This document shows positions 44,170-54,917 of a DNA stretch of 64,000 nt, piece by piece. How positions within the stretch are numbered: the first letter of the stretch is position 1; every line of letters begins with the position of its first letter. The notes below the pieces were generated by a model. The model saw only the letters and a list, made by a program, of their open reading frames with translations, was not told where the DNA came from and searched no databases. Position numbers and translations under genes: made by a program. The DNA is from Sodalis sp. (in: enterobacteria) (GTDB taxonomy: Bacteria > Pseudomonadota > Gammaproteobacteria > Enterobacterales > Enterobacteriaceae): the NCBI GenBank assembly GCA_052258065.1, contig JBQQPY010000002.1:593432-657431 (forward strand), given 5' to 3'.

Positions 44170-44345
44170 AGATTTAGTGCAACTACGCTACTCGATAGAG
44201 CGATGAACAGAGCGGTGAACGGAGACACTTTCCTTGCTTATACAGAACAGGCACAGGATTAGAAGCTATTTAAGATAAAGATGCAATTCTTCTTTATCTT
44301 CCTCCTGATTCGCCGGATTTAAATCCTATTTTATTACAGCAAGAT
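44170..44345 (+). mobile_element. IS630-family type C internal fragment (the only plus-strand copy)
   Basis: ..NGDTFLAYTEQ.. and ..DAILLYLPPDSPDLNPI.. are read on the plus strand. Confidence 0.55.
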
Positions 44346-44349
44346 ATAA

Positions 44350-44520
44350 ACGAAAATAGATAGAATGCTCTAGGTGACGAAATGTATTTCGCGACAAATT
44401 GCATAGTAAATGCCCGTTATAGCGTTTTTATATTCTGCAGTAGAGCATTCCATCCACTTGAAAAGTGTCTATTTCCAGTGTAGCTTAGGCTTGGCTGGGT
44501 AAGATACGTAATTAAGATAT
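44350..44520 (-). mobile_element. IS1595-family-like C-terminal fragment
   Basis: Reverse-complement translation ..WNALLQNIKNAITGIYYAI.. aligns with 3,240-3,470. Confidence 0.5.
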
Positions 44521-44786
44521 ATTCTATCTGTATCGCGGTCTCTCGTTATTCTATTCCGTCTTGCGGTACTTAGCGACGCCGCCCTTGCGAGGCTGACCGT
44601 TGAGAGCCAGTAGCACGGCAGCCTACGTCTAGAGCTAACGGATTAGAGCCGTACAAGCTCATTGACAACATCATAACCGCAAAATCACCGCATCTATGAT
44701 CTGAACAATAAATGTCAGCAGCGGAGTCGTTATGATTAAAGCCTGTTTAATAAATTATTAACTATGCATAATAAGTGGGGGCTTTC

Positions 44787-45989
44787 ATGTCGAGTCAGCT
44801 AGTGCTAGTTCTTAACTCTGGCAGTTCGTCATTAAAATTCGTCATTATCGATGCTATTAACGGTGAAGAACACATCTCCGGTCTTGCTGAGTGCTTCAAT
44901 CTGCCGGAAGCATGCATCAAATGGAAGATGGACGGCGCCAAGCAAGAAGCAGCGTTGGGTGCTGGCAGTGCGCATCGTGAAGCGCTGCACTTTATCATTA
45001 ATATTATTTTAGCACAAAAACCGGAAGTGTCAGCACAATTAACAGCCATAGGGCATCGCATCGTACACGGCGGCAAATGGTTCACACAGTCCGTCATCAT
45101 CAACGAAAAAGTATTAAAAGGCATCGAAGACTCCATTCCGTTCGCACCGCTGCATAATCCGGCGCATCTTATCGGTATCCGGAAAGCCCTAAAAGAGTTC
45201 CCCCAGCTAGCAAAAAAGAACGTGGCGGTTTTTGATACTGCCTTCCATCAGACAATGCCGGAAGAGTCTTATCTTTATGCTCTTCCCTACTTTTTATATC
45301 AAGAACATGCCATCCGCCGCTACGGCGCCCACGGCACCAGCCACTTTTACGTCAGCCGCGAAGCAGCCAAGATGCTTAATAAGCCAGTTGAGCAACTTAA
45401 TGTAATTACTTGTCATTTAGGCAACGGCGGCTCCGTTTCCGCCATCCGAAACGGCCAGTGCGTAGATACGTCTATGGGGCTGACTCCTTTAGAAGGCCTA
45501 GTAATGGGCACCCGTAGCGGCGATATCGACCCGGCTATTATCTTCTATTTACACGATATATTAGGATTGTCTATCGCCCGCATTAACACCCTGTTAACCA
45601 AAGAGTCTGGTCTGCTGGGTCTAACCGGCGTGACCAGCGACTGCCGCTATGTCGAGCACAACTATCGTGATAATGCTGAAAGCCGGCGCGCCATGGATGT
45701 TTACTGCCATCGTTTAGCAAAATATATCGGGTCTTATAGCGCACTAATGGAGGGACGGCTGGATGCAGTGATTTTCACCGGCGGCATCGGTGAGAATGCC
45801 GCGATAGTACGTAAGCTTTCGCTGAAAAAACTGGCACTGCTGGGCTTTGAAATAGATCACGAACGTAATCTGGCTGCGCGTTTTGGCCGCGCCGGCGTGA
45901 TCACAACCGCCTCCAGCCGCCCTGCTATCGTCATCCCGACCAACGAGGAGCTTGTTATCGCTCAAGACGCCGCGCGTCTGACCATGTAA
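44787..45989 (+). CDS. ackA: Acetate kinase
   Basis: 400 aa from ATG 44787. [60 protein letters not shown].. is colinear with E. coli AckA. The GTG at 44775 adds 4 non-homologous codons. Confidence 0.96.
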   Translation: MSSQLVLVLNSGSSSLKFVIIDAINGEEHISGLAECFNLPEACIKWKMDGAKQEAALGAGSAHREALHFIINIILAQKPEVSAQLTAIGHRIVHGGKWFTQSVIINEKVLKGIEDSIPFAPLHNPAHLIGIRKALKEFPQLAKKNVAVFDTAFHQTMPEESYLYALPYFLYQEHAIRRYGAHGTSHFYVSREAAKMLNKPVEQLNVITCHLGNGGSVSAIRNGQCVDTSMGLTPLEGLVMGTRSGDIDPAIIFYLHDILGLSIARINTLLTKESGLLGLTGVTSDCRYVEHNYRDNAESRRAMDVYCHRLAKYIGSYSALMEGRLDAVIFTGGIGENAAIVRKLSLKKLALLGFEIDHERNLAARFGRAGVITTASSRPAIVIPTNEELVIAQDAARLTM

Positions 45990-45998
45990 CCCCAATCT

Positions 45999-46030
45999 CC
46001 CCGCTCGCTTTGTCCAGCGGGGTTGTTTTT
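45999..46030 (+). terminator. Rho-independent terminator or attenuator between ackA and pta
   Basis: CCCCGCT-N10-AGCGGGG followed by TTGTTTTT, 10 nt after the ackA stop. Confidence 0.7.
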
Positions 46031-46063
46031 AACTAAAGCGCAACTGTTAAAAGAGGTTTAGCC

Positions 46064-48229
46064 GTGTCCCGTACAATCATGTTGATCCCTACCGGCACTA
46101 GCGTCGGCCTGACTAGCGTCGGCCTCGGCGTCATCCGAGCAATAGAGCAAAAAGGCCTCAGCCTCAGCCTGTTTAAACCCATTGCGCAGCCCCGATCCGG
46201 TGAGGATAACCTCGATTTCACTACTCGTCTTATCCGCGCGAATTCCACTATTCCCTCCGTCGAACCGTTGTCCATGAGCTATGTGGAATCGCTGCTCGGC
46301 TCCAATCAGCAAGACATGCTAATGGAAGAAATCATCGCCCGCTACCATGCAAATACTAAAAAATCGGACGTGATTCTGGTAGAAGGTCTGGTTCCCGCAC
46401 GCAAACATCAGTTTTCCACAGCGTTAAACTATGAAATCGCCCGAACGCTCAACGCTGAAATTGTTTTCGTACTCTCTGTAGGCAACGATTCTCCAGACCA
46501 ATTGAAAGAACGTATTGAGCTTGTACGCTCAAGCTTCGGCGGGAGTAAAAATAAAAACATAACCGGAGTCATCGTTAATAAGTTTAACGCTCCAGTGAAT
46601 GTCCAAGACCGCATTCGTCCCGACCTGTTAGAAATTCTCGACGATTTCAGTAAGGGCGGTATTGCAAACGTCGATTCGAGACTATTATTTGAAAATAGCC
46701 CGCTGCCTATTCTGGGGTGTATCCCGTGGAATTTGGATCTTATCGCCATACGCGCTATCGACATGGCCCGCCATTTAGGCGCTACGATTATCCATGAAGG
46801 GGAAATTCAGACCCGCCGAGTAAAATCCGTCAGCTTCTGCGCACGCAGCCTGCCAAACATGTTAGAGAATTTTCGCCCTGGCTCGCTACTAGTTACTTCC
46901 GGCGACCGTCCAGATGTGCTGGTCGCCGTTTGCCTCGCAGCGATGAACGGCGTGGAAATTGGCGCGTTGCTGCTGACTGGCGGCTATGACATCGATCCGC
47001 GTATTCAGGACTTATGCCAGCACGCCTTTCAGACCGGCTTACCGATGTTCACCGTACAGACCAACACCTGGCAGACGTCGCTTAGCCTGCAGAGCTTTAG
47101 CCCGGAGGTGCCGGCTGACGATCATAGCCAGCTGGAAAAACTGCAAAACTATGTCGCGGGCCATATTGATCCTGCCTGGATTGATTCCCTGTGTTCCAAC
47201 TCTGATCGGCCACGTCGTCTGTCTCCGGCAGCGTTCCGCTATCACCTGACCGAACTGGCACGCCAGGCGGGCAAACGCATCGTACTGCCGGAAGGCAACG
47301 AGCCGCGCACAGTAAAAGCGGCGTCTATTTGCGCTGAGCGTGGCATCGCTCACTGCGTGCTGTTGGGAAACCCTGATGAAATTCAGCACGTGGCCGCTGT
47401 ACAGGGCCTTACGCTTGGCGACGGCATCGAAATTATCGCTCCGGAAGTGACGCGCGAACAATATGTCGCCCGATTGGTCGAGCTACGCAAGAGCAAAGGG
47501 ATGACCGAAGTGGTCGCCCGCGAACAGTTGCAAGATAACGTCGTGTTGGGCACGTTGATGCTAGAGCAGGGAAAAGTAGACGGCTTAGTGTCAGGAGCCG
47601 TGCATACCACAGCCAATACGATCCGCCCGTCTCTGCAGCTTATCAAGACCGCGGCGGGAAGTTCGCTAGTGTCCTCAGTGTTCTTTATGCTGCTACCTGA
47701 GCAAGTTCTGCTTTACGGCGACTGTGCCATCAACCCGGATCCGAACTCGGAGCAACTAGCAGAAATCGCCATTCAGTCAGCCGACTCTGCAGTCGCTTTC
47801 GGCATTGAGCCTCGCGTAGCCATGATCTCTTACTCAACAGGCAATTCCGCTGCCGGCAGCGATGTTGAGAAAGTGCGTGAAGCCACGCGCCTAGCGCAGG
47901 AAAAGCGTCCGGATCTAGTCATTGATGGTCCGCTGCAGTATGACGCGGCCATTATGGCTGATGTTGCAGCATCAAAAGCACCAAACTCGCCGGTAGCAGG
48001 CAAGGCGACGGTCTTTATCTTCCCAGATTTGAATACCGGTAATACCACCTATAAAGCGGTACAGCGTTCGGCGGACTTAATCTCTATCGGGCCGATGCTG
48101 CAGGGCATGCATAAGCCGGTCAACGATCTCTCTCGCGGCGCACTGGTAGAGGATATCGTTTATACGGTCGCACTGACCGCCATTCAGGCTAAACAGGCAG
48201 AAAACCCATTCTCAAACCCAATACACTAG
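46064..48229 (+). CDS. pta: Phosphate acetyltransferase
   Basis: 721 aa, GTG start. [39 protein letters not shown].. and ..[46 protein letters not shown].. are colinear with E. coli Pta. Confidence 0.97.
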   Translation: MSRTIMLIPTGTSVGLTSVGLGVIRAIEQKGLSLSLFKPIAQPRSGEDNLDFTTRLIRANSTIPSVEPLSMSYVESLLGSNQQDMLMEEIIARYHANTKKSDVILVEGLVPARKHQFSTALNYEIARTLNAEIVFVLSVGNDSPDQLKERIELVRSSFGGSKNKNITGVIVNKFNAPVNVQDRIRPDLLEILDDFSKGGIANVDSRLLFENSPLPILGCIPWNLDLIAIRAIDMARHLGATIIHEGEIQTRRVKSVSFCARSLPNMLENFRPGSLLVTSGDRPDVLVAVCLAAMNGVEIGALLLTGGYDIDPRIQDLCQHAFQTGLPMFTVQTNTWQTSLSLQSFSPEVPADDHSQLEKLQNYVAGHIDPAWIDSLCSNSDRPRRLSPAAFRYHLTELARQAGKRIVLPEGNEPRTVKAASICAERGIAHCVLLGNPDEIQHVAAVQGLTLGDGIEIIAPEVTREQYVARLVELRKSKGMTEVVAREQLQDNVVLGTLMLEQGKVDGLVSGAVHTTANTIRPSLQLIKTAAGSSLVSSVFFMLLPEQVLLYGDCAINPDPNSEQLAEIAIQSADSAVAFGIEPRVAMISYSTGNSAAGSDVEKVREATRLAQEKRPDLVIDGPLQYDAAIMADVAASKAPNSPVAGKATVFIFPDLNTGNTTYKAVQRSADLISIGPMLQGMHKPVNDLSRGALVEDIVYTVALTAIQAKQAENPFSNPIH

Positions 48230-48259
48230 AATAGCAAACTAATTAATATTATAAATCAC

Positions 48260-48640
48260 TGTTAGCCGCTCCAATCTATATCACCTCGAATCCTTCTTCC
48301 AGCCAATAGGATTCTGCTTAACCTAAAATATCCGAAGGTTAAAGTCTTCCTAGCAAGGACAGGAAGTACAATACAACCTGACCCAGCCAAGTTTAAGCTA
48401 TACTGAAAATAAATAACTTTTAAATGAATGAATACTCTGCTACAGAATGTTAGAAATGCCACAATAAACGTTTACTATGCAACTTTTAGAAGCCTGGTTG
48501 CTTGGCTGAATTTTAAGTATCTATTAAACCAACGCTATGACTTTAGAGCACTTGTACCGCGCTTCTTGATAGCAGCATTGCAAAAAATCATGATTTTATA
48601 CAGCCTATAGCGCTGACTGATAAAAACACATAATGAGGAA
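48260..48640 (+). mobile_element. IS1595-family-like 3' fragment
   Basis: ORF 48428..48610 reads NTLLQNVRNATINVYYATFRSLVAWLNFKYLLNQRYDFRALVPRFLIAALQ (..YH......YL.EF.YRFNRR.DL.ALVPRLL.A). Confidence 0.6.
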
Positions 48641-48829
48641 ATATAATCGCATGACTTTCTCACACTGCTCGCTACGAGTATCTATTCAAAGTTTTCATGC
48701 ATAAAAACAAGCATTAGCATCGCTACTAATCCTCAAAGTTAAAATCGTCTTGGTGCAGCTTGTCGTCACACGCAAAAGTGGCGGTTACGGCATCTATCGT
48801 CATCGCTAAAGAAATCTCTCAACATAACG

Positions 48830-49270
48830 AAATCTAAAAATACATTGTTACCTTCACGTCGGGGAAAAGAACGCAACTAGAGAGGCTGATTAGCAAAATC
48901 AAGCCTGCCGCGCAGAAAGTCGTGAATGCATTCATTCTATTGAGTTACGATACATCAATTTAAAACTAACGAGTAGCAAGGCGCTCGCCGAAATTTTACA
49001 AACAGGGCTGACAAAAACAATCAACTCTGTTACTTAAAGACTACAGAGAGGAACTACTGCAGTCGCGGGCGCTTTAGACCACCGAACGTCTCTAAAGGCA
49101 GCACCGCTCTAACCTCTTGATGCAGAAAGATAACATAATCGACGGGCAAACTTTATTTCGCACCTCACAACTACCATTATCTTGCTCTTCTCGGTCAGCT
49201 TTTACATTATAATCATCAAGTTGCTAGCCAGATTCGGTTCCAGAAATAAAATCGATTCATTAAAAAATAA
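48830..49270 (+). mobile_element. IS630-family type B, 5' portion, decayed
   Basis: ..TTACCTTCACGTCGGGGAAAAGAACGCAACTAGAG.. and ..LAEILQTGL.. align with 17,240-17,420 and 11,0xx (reverse complement). Confidence 0.5.
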
Positions 49271-49319
49271 CACGGCCGCTCATCGCTTTATCATCCTAAA
49301 CCTCATGATGCGCAGAACC

Positions 49320-49710
49320 TAATATATAACAACATGTTGTTCCACCTATGCACCCACAAACGAATGCTGTGGTGGAGCGATTTAATTGGCCTACAGAAGA
49401 TCTACCGTCAGCCACCATTTCTATTCTTGTAAAGCGCTTGAGATTATACTGCATTTAACTGCTATCTCATTTTAGCACTTAGAAATATTTAGTTCAGAGA
49501 TGCTATAACGCTTAGCCAAAGTAGATTCTGGCTCGTTGCTTTTCTGAAGAGCGGCTCTGATTTTAGGCGTTTTAATCGCTTAACTATAGAGCCTAATTCT
49601 AATGATATTTTGCTATCAACTATATGCCTTAGTAGCTATCTTTCGCACGAACAGGTCTAGACAATGAGAGTCTATATAATAATCCGGGACTAAAGAATTA
49701 CTTATAATCA
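49320..49710. mobile_element. IS481-family-like fragments: a plus-strand 3' piece, then a minus-strand 5' piece
   Basis: ..HPQTNAVVERFNWP.. on + at 49.35-49.40 kb. From 49,470 the minus-strand HTH relic and left end ..GAGAGTCTATATAATAATCCGGGAC. Confidence 0.55.
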
Positions 49711-49719
49711 ATTAATCAC

Positions 49720-50213
49720 TATCATTTTTTAAAAACTATAATCATTATATCTTGATAAAAAAACTTGAAGCCAAGAAAAAACCAACCAAAAACACCTAAC
49801 TACGCATCCTTACTTAGTCAGACTGGGGGACGGGCTCGAAATAAACACTTTTCAGTGGATAAACAGTCTGCTAAAGAATATCAAAAACACTAAAATTAAC
49901 ACTTACCATAAAGTTCGTAGCCAAAACACACCTCGTTATCTAGCTAAATTTGACTATCTATTTAAGCGACGTCATGACTTGAGACCACTGTACCAGATTT
50001 CTTAGTGGCGTCGTTAAAAGTATCGATAATGCAGCCTGTTGAGGCAGCTGATCAAACTGCCTAATCAGGAAAAATATAATGAAACACATGAAATTTAAGA
50101 TCTCATGGCATGAATTTATAAAACAGTCTAAATATCTATCTTTTTGAAAGCAAAAAATTCATTTATAGCCCCTATTTTTAGTGAGATAAAAAAGAAATCA
50201 GGTTCGGAATGAC
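49720..50213 (+). mobile_element. IS1595-family-like 3' part and right end (mosaic)
   Basis: ..INTYHKVRSQNTPRYLAKFDYLFKRRHDLRPLYQ.. followed by a ~170-bp right end finishing ..AAATCAGGTTCGGAATGAC at 50,213, 32 nt from the ubiX stop. Confidence 0.65.
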
Positions 50214-50245
50214 AGATAAATAAGATTCATAGCTAGGCAGAGGCG

Positions 50246-50815
50246 TTAGACACCCTGCCAACGGTGAAATAGATCTTGAGGTAGCACCAGATCGAATTGA
50301 TCCAGCGTGCGGTTGACCGTTTGGTCTATAATGTCTTTAACCTGGATTGGTTGGTGATAGAAGGCCGGAACTGGAGGCATAATGACTGCCCCGAGCTTGA
50401 CCGCTAGAGTCATCAGCTTCAGGTGTCCCAGATGCAGTGGCGTTTCACGGACTCCGAGCACTAATCGGCGGCGCTCCTTTAGTACGACATCTGCCGCGCG
50501 CGTCAGTAGCCCATCGCTATAGCTATTAACGATACCGGAGAGGGTTTTCATCGAACAGGGTAAGATGACCATGCCGAGGGTTTGGAATGAACCAGAGCTG
50601 ATACTAGCGGCAATGTCGCGAGAATCATACACCACATCCGCCAGCGCCTGTACTTCACGCAGGCTATACGCCGTCTCCAGTGCTAGGGTTTGCCGCGCGG
50701 CCGCGCTCATGACCAGATGAGTTTCAATCTTCGGAAGCGTGCTCAACACCTGCAGAATTCGAACGCCATATACAGCGCCGCTAGCGCCGCTGATACCGAC
50801 AATGAGACGTTTCAT
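50246..50815 (-). CDS. ubiX: Flavin prenyltransferase UbiX
   Basis: 189 aa, the same length as E. coli UbiX. MKRLIVGISGASGA.YGVR.LQVL.....IETHLVMS.AARQTL.LET..SLREVQALADV..D.RDIAASISSGSFQTLGMVILPCS.KTLSGIV.SY.DGLLTRAADVVLKERR.LVL.VRETPLHLGHL.LM is shared. Confidence 0.96.
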   Translation of the reverse strand: MKRLIVGISGASGAVYGVRILQVLSTLPKIETHLVMSAAARQTLALETAYSLREVQALADVVYDSRDIAASISSGSFQTLGMVILPCSMKTLSGIVNSYSDGLLTRAADVVLKERRRLVLGVRETPLHLGHLKLMTLAVKLGAVIMPPVPAFYHQPIQVKDIIDQTVNRTLDQFDLVLPQDLFHRWQGV

Positions 50816-50879
50816 ATCTCAAATCTCGCAGAAAAGACGATAAAAGTTTCGGTGCGTGTCGCGTCATGGAATATGGCTG

Positions 50880-50987
50880 ATTATCTCGCTTTTGCTATCT
50901 AGCACGGTCAGCTTAGAGATACAATAAGACGCATCCCACAGTAGAAGCTGGCTTATTGCTTGCCTAAGGTATTATAGTTATAGAGTG
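50880..50987 (-). mobile_element. IS481-family-like 5' fragment
   Basis: ..GCTATCTAGCACGGTCAGCTTAGAGATACAATAAGACGCATCCCACAGTAGAAGCTGGCTTATTGCTTGCC.. aligns with the HTH relic of other minus-strand copies. Confidence 0.45.
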
Positions 50988-51200
50988 CCAATTCCATACC
51001 TGATTTTTCTTTTTCATCTTACCGAAAAGTCGGACATATATAGATAGTAAGACTCTTTCATGAATTCAGAATGTGAGATCTTAAATTTCATGTATTTTAT
51101 TATATTTTTATTTACTCTTGTTTGAGTTGAGAGTTTCTGCATCAAGCTGTAATGATTCTAGTTTTAAGAAAAAACGATAGTAAATTTTATCATCTAATTA
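50988..51200 (-). mobile_element. IS1595-family-like right end
   Basis: CCAATTCCATACCTGATTTTTCTTTTTCATCTTACCGAAAAG.. and ..GAGATCTTAAATTTCATG.. are the reverse complement of 50,050-50,213. Confidence 0.6.
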
Positions 51201-51254
51201 GGCATTTTACCCAGCTATATCGCCTTTATCTACTTTGATTTATATCCCGCTAAA

Positions 51255-51745
51255 ATAAAAAATTGTTACGATTTTTATCTGAAATTAACTCAATAGCTTG
51301 AGAAATCGCATTCTTGCCTCAACATTTTTTCGTACAACATCAACTTTATTAGTAGATAAATTATCCATTATCAGGATATTTCCTGATACCAGTGCAGAAA
51401 AGCACCCGCTCTACATAAGAAAGGAAGGTATTACTGTACATTACTCTATCGAGTGATGTAGTTGCATTCACTTAAAATGGACTTATGCCGGCCGTGAGCG
51501 TGATAGCTCTCCCGGAGGTGCGTGAAAGTCGATCTAGCATCATTAACTGCGTCTTCTTCTGTGCCTTATCCCCACTTATATTTATCGTTGTTACGGTTTT
51601 ATTCATCAAAGATGCTTATCTAGTGAAAATATGACACTTCTTCAGACTATACTTTGCGCACATAAACTATGTCGCCGCGCTCTTGTTCAGTAGCATCTAC
51701 GGTCTCTTTAGCTGTCATAATATGACGATGAAAGCGTTACCTAGA
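51255..51745 (-). mobile_element. IS630-family type C, 5'-truncated, ending 3 nt from the cvpA stop
   Basis: Colinear with 18,430-18,930. DDE block relic ..GTAGATAAATTATCCATTATCAGGATATTTCC... Confidence 0.6.
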
Positions 51746-51748
51746 CAA

Positions 51749-52237
51749 CTACTGCTTCGGCAAGAAACTCAACGTGCTTTGCAGATAATCAAGAAACAAT
51801 CTGATAATAATATTAAATTGCGGTATCAGCTGGGACTGCCTCCAGTACCAGCTATGTGAAAAACTAGTAAAGGTCTCAAGAAAAAACAGTGCCGCCGACA
51901 CAATTAAAATGCCACGAAGCGCGCCGAAAAAGACGCCAAGCACTCGATCGGTGCCGGATAAACCAGCCCGCTCTACTAGAGTGCTAACAACATAATTAAC
52001 GACTGCTCCAACAATTAAGGTCACTATAAAAAGAAGAATAATCGCGATACCATTGCGTACCATCTTCTCTTCAAAACGGGTAAAGCACATCGCAAGGCAA
52101 ATATAATAACGGTTAGCGATAAAAAATGCGCAGCCCCAGGTCACTAAAGATAATCCTTCGCGCACGAATCCATAAATCAGACTCGCCAGAGCGGAAAAAA
52201 CAATGATGCAGATAATCACGTAATCAACCCAGATCAC
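51749..52237 (-). CDS. cvpA: Colicin V production / membrane integrity protein CvpA
   Basis: 162 aa, GTG start. .WVDY.II..I.FS.L.SLI.GFVRE.LSLVTWGCAFF.A..YY..L...FT.FE...VRNGIAI..LFI.TLIVGA.VN.V...LVE..GLSGTDRVLGV.FGALRG.LIV.A.LFFL..FT..S.S..W..SQLIPQF..IIR.F.DYLQS..SFLP is colinear with E. coli CvpA. Confidence 0.93.
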   Translation of the reverse strand: MIWVDYVIICIIVFSALASLIYGFVREGLSLVTWGCAFFIANRYYICLAMCFTRFEEKMVRNGIAIILLFIVTLIVGAVVNYVVSTLVERAGLSGTDRVLGVFFGALRGILIVSAALFFLETFTSFSHSWYWRQSQLIPQFNIIIRLFLDYLQSTLSFLPKQ

Positions 52238-52479
52238 ACATGCATCTCTTTATCATTTTTCTGACCAGCCGGTTATAGCGACCTCTAATAGAAAAATAAA
52301 ACCTTTAAGTAAGAGATTTATTCTCTATATTTCAATAAATAATGGCGATTAAAAACTAATCGCCGCAATTAGATAGCACGAGGTGGCGTACAGACCTGGC
52401 TCCTAGCTGTACGAAGAGCAGGATGAGCATGCTGCCGCGCCATGGCACCGATTTACCTTAAACCCCTTAGCATATATCC

Positions 52480-53092
52480 ATAATTACGCCTCTGATTTTT
52501 ATTTTTATCTTACGGGAGAATCTGAGAATAATAAATGAATTATTTAATTTTCAAAAATATTGGCCGCTTTATAAATTCAGAACTTGAGATCTTGAATCGC
52601 ATGTGCCTCTTTATATGTTTTTGTTTTTTTCTTGGCTTCAGGATTTTTCTTATCAAGATATAATTATTATATTTTTATAAAAAATAAAATTAATTCTTTA
52701 ATTGCCTGATTACAGATATCGCTCAGTTAATCTCAATAAGCTGTATAGCATTATTCGTCTTTCGATACCGTTATCAAGAAGTGCGGCATCAGCGCCCCGA
52801 GTTATAACGTCGATTAAATCGATACTCAAATTTAGAAGAGTAACAAGGTATATGTTAGCTACGAATTACATGCTAAGCGCCTATAATGGCGTTTTAAACA
52901 TTTTTCAGTAAAATACTGATCTACTTGAAAGTAGATCCTTCAATGTAGCTCAGGTTTGACTGGATAAGGCATATGGTCAAGTTTAATCATGAGTGGCCAG
53001 CCTTTCTTGGCTATAACTTATTGATTTTATTTATTTTTAATTTTTCACTAATTTTTTCATTTATGCTTAATTTAGCTGCGGAATAATAGATA
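52480..53092 (-). mobile_element. IS1595-family-like internal-deletion derivative (~610 bp) keeping both termini
   Basis: Right end at 52,480-52,700 (..ACGCCTCTGATTTTTATTTTTATCTTAC..). C-terminal relic ..SSKFEYRFNRRYN.. at 52.79-52.99 kb. Left end at 53,010-53,092 (reverse complement CTATTATTCCGCAGCTAAATTAAGC..AAAAATTAAAAATAAATAAAATCAATAAG). Confidence 0.6.
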
Positions 53093-53369
53093 TATGTAGC
53101 CAACCGAATTAAAAATAATTATAGCCTATTTATAATATTTGGTAAAGAAACATAATAAGTTGTTATCAAATAATCCGATTTGGGCATGGTATTTCGCTTA
53201 CGAAAAGGCTTCCTTCCCCTCACCTTAAATTTTTTAGGATTTTACCACAGCTGCACTAAAGAAACAAAAGTTTAGCGTATGCTTTAGGGAAGTAATTGCC
53301 TGTTAAAGCCGCGCAACTCATTTAGTTTACCGAAAGCAGATTGTAGTTTTTACTAGATCTGTTATCCGC

Positions 53370-53560
53370 ACCTGATTTTTATTTTTTATCTTACCGAAAA
53401 ATCAAGAAATTAAAAAGAAATTATATTTTTAATATATAAATCCATCATTCCGAAGTTAAGTTGCTAATAAATATGAAAATTATTGATAATTAAAAACAAA
53501 TAAAATCATTTTTTGCAAAAAGCTAGCTATTTATAATTAAACCTAATTCCTTATCCAGCT
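53370..53560. mobile_element. IS1595-type terminal fragments: one right end (minus) and one left end (plus)
   Basis: GTTATCCGCACCTGATTTTTATTTTTTATCTTACCGAAAAATC.., then CATCATTCCGAAGTTAAG..AATTAAAAACAAATAAAATCATT... Confidence 0.5.
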
Positions 53561-53690
53561 AAGTTTTGGTCCCAGATAATAATATAGATTCTCATTGCAC
53601 CACCCTGTTCATCGCAAAATAACTACTGAAAAATATAATTTAGTGACAAAATTATTGTTATATTTTTAATAAATATAATAATTTATATTT
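53560..53690 (+). mobile_element. IS481-family-like left-end fragment
   Basis: ..CCCAGATAATAATATAGATTCTCATTGCACCACCCTGTTCATCGC.. aligns with the left ends at 49.6 kb (reverse complement) and 16.73 kb. Confidence 0.45.
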
Positions 53691-54625
53691 AATTTTAACA
53701 GGTTATAAGAGAGTTTTACTATTCAATACTGATTAAAAAATCATTGATTATATGAATAGGCATATCGGTTCAATATAATCTGAAACGCTTCACTAGAATA
53801 TAAAATCGTAACTTTGCGGTATATCCTCTATAACGCCTCTTCAATCGCTCGATTATAACGTTTGTTTGTTAGCGTAACAGGTGGCCCAATACAGTGTTCT
53901 ATATCAAGCTCTGTACATAAGCGGGTGAATTGATTTTTCCTGATAGCTCAGCGCTTTTACAAGCCCTAAAAACGGTCGTGACTCAGATTTGTTGATACTG
54001 TTCGCTTTATTAGATAAATAAGGGCGGTCTTTTTTGCTGAAATTATCTGTATAATAGAAATTATATATTATCAGTCAACAGAATAAATATGTGATCTTCT
54101 TTTTTATCAAAAAATCTGAGTCGCGATTAAAAACAATCTGTAAACTCTCTTTCATGATCTGTAAGTATTTGATAAATAGCTATAGGACATGCTCGACTCA
54201 GATCACGCAAGAAAAATCGTGCATTAGCCACGCTCTTGGCTTTGTAGTAGGCGAATAAATCTATCGAATATCTTAATCTATACTTAAAAAAGATAACGTC
54301 ATGAGGTTTTGTTTAGCATTTGTGAAAGATATCTTCCATGAACATGCAAGTCACCAGAATCATGGCTTTTAAATGCTTTGTGCTTTGGTTGTAGTGCTTT
54401 CTCTTGCATGTAACTCAAACACCTCAATCTATTCCTAGGTAAAGAGCCATCGAGGCCAGCTAGCTCGAGGTGCGGCGCGACTCAAGAATTCGCGCAAGAC
54501 TGCTAAGAAATCGTCCAGTAGAGAAAAGCATCTTCTAAAGGGAAACGCCACTACTTCTTAATTAGGCTACAGTGTCGTCTAGAAACGATGGGGATATAGC
54601 TATAATCTTCAACATTATGTCGTTT
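53690..54625 (-). mobile_element. IS481-family-like element, decayed, carrying a MITE insertion
   Basis: Minus-strand relics of the QTN..ERLKR, ..FKAMILVTCMFME.. and ..EFLS.. blocks lie in order. The element is interrupted at 53,974-54,127. Confidence 0.65.
53974..54127. mobile_element. MITE (copy 2), 154 bp, with a flanking target-site duplication
   Basis: GGTCGTGACTCAGATTTGTTGATA...TATCAAAAAATCTGAGTCGCGAT, with ~20/22 TIR identity. It is flanked by TAAAAAC (53,967-53,973) and TAAAAAC (54,128-54,134). Removing it plus one repeat restores the IS481 consensus seen at 11,78x and 42,52x. Confidence 0.8.
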
Positions 54626-54917
54626 TATATTTATTCCTAGTTTAGTTTTGGAATGACAGTTAGATTTTACACTGAGTTAAAGCATGGATAACGAAAAGTG
54701 CTGACCAGCCCGTAATTAAAAGCATACAAGTATCGACAGTAAGGCAAAGCAAAGAAAATGCAGTAATCAGTTTAAAAAAGATCATCTTTGATTTAAATTA
54801 GATTAAAGCATGCATTTACCCCGCTAGTCTCAGTATATCCACCTGACGGTGCAGTAAAGTTATGGTAGTATAGAAAAAATTTCTACCAGAACGCCAGAGG
54901 TATATCTGAACAAACCA

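Noticed and set aside
44520-44770. Possible yfbV relic upstream of ackA on the minus strand
   Set aside because: Only a short ..ALNGQP.. versus ..ALGGQLGP.. resemblance, which is not enough evidence.
43653-44770. Integrase or prophage remnant next to tRNA-Arg
   Set aside because: No tyrosine-recombinase-like translation is recognisable on either side. Only IS fragments and unassigned decayed sequence are present.
46429-47646. Several 87-140 aa ORFs on both strands inside pta
   Set aside because: These are alternative or antisense frames of a GC-rich gene. pta itself is colinear with E. coli Pta over its full length.
52240-52480. Possible dedD (SPOR domain) relic and its terminator upstream of cvpA
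   Set aside because: ..FVQLGA.. is the only matching motif. A perfect 8-bp hairpin GGCGATTA-N5-TAATCGCC at 52,344-52,364, followed by a T-rich run on the minus strand, is real. Its role is unclear.
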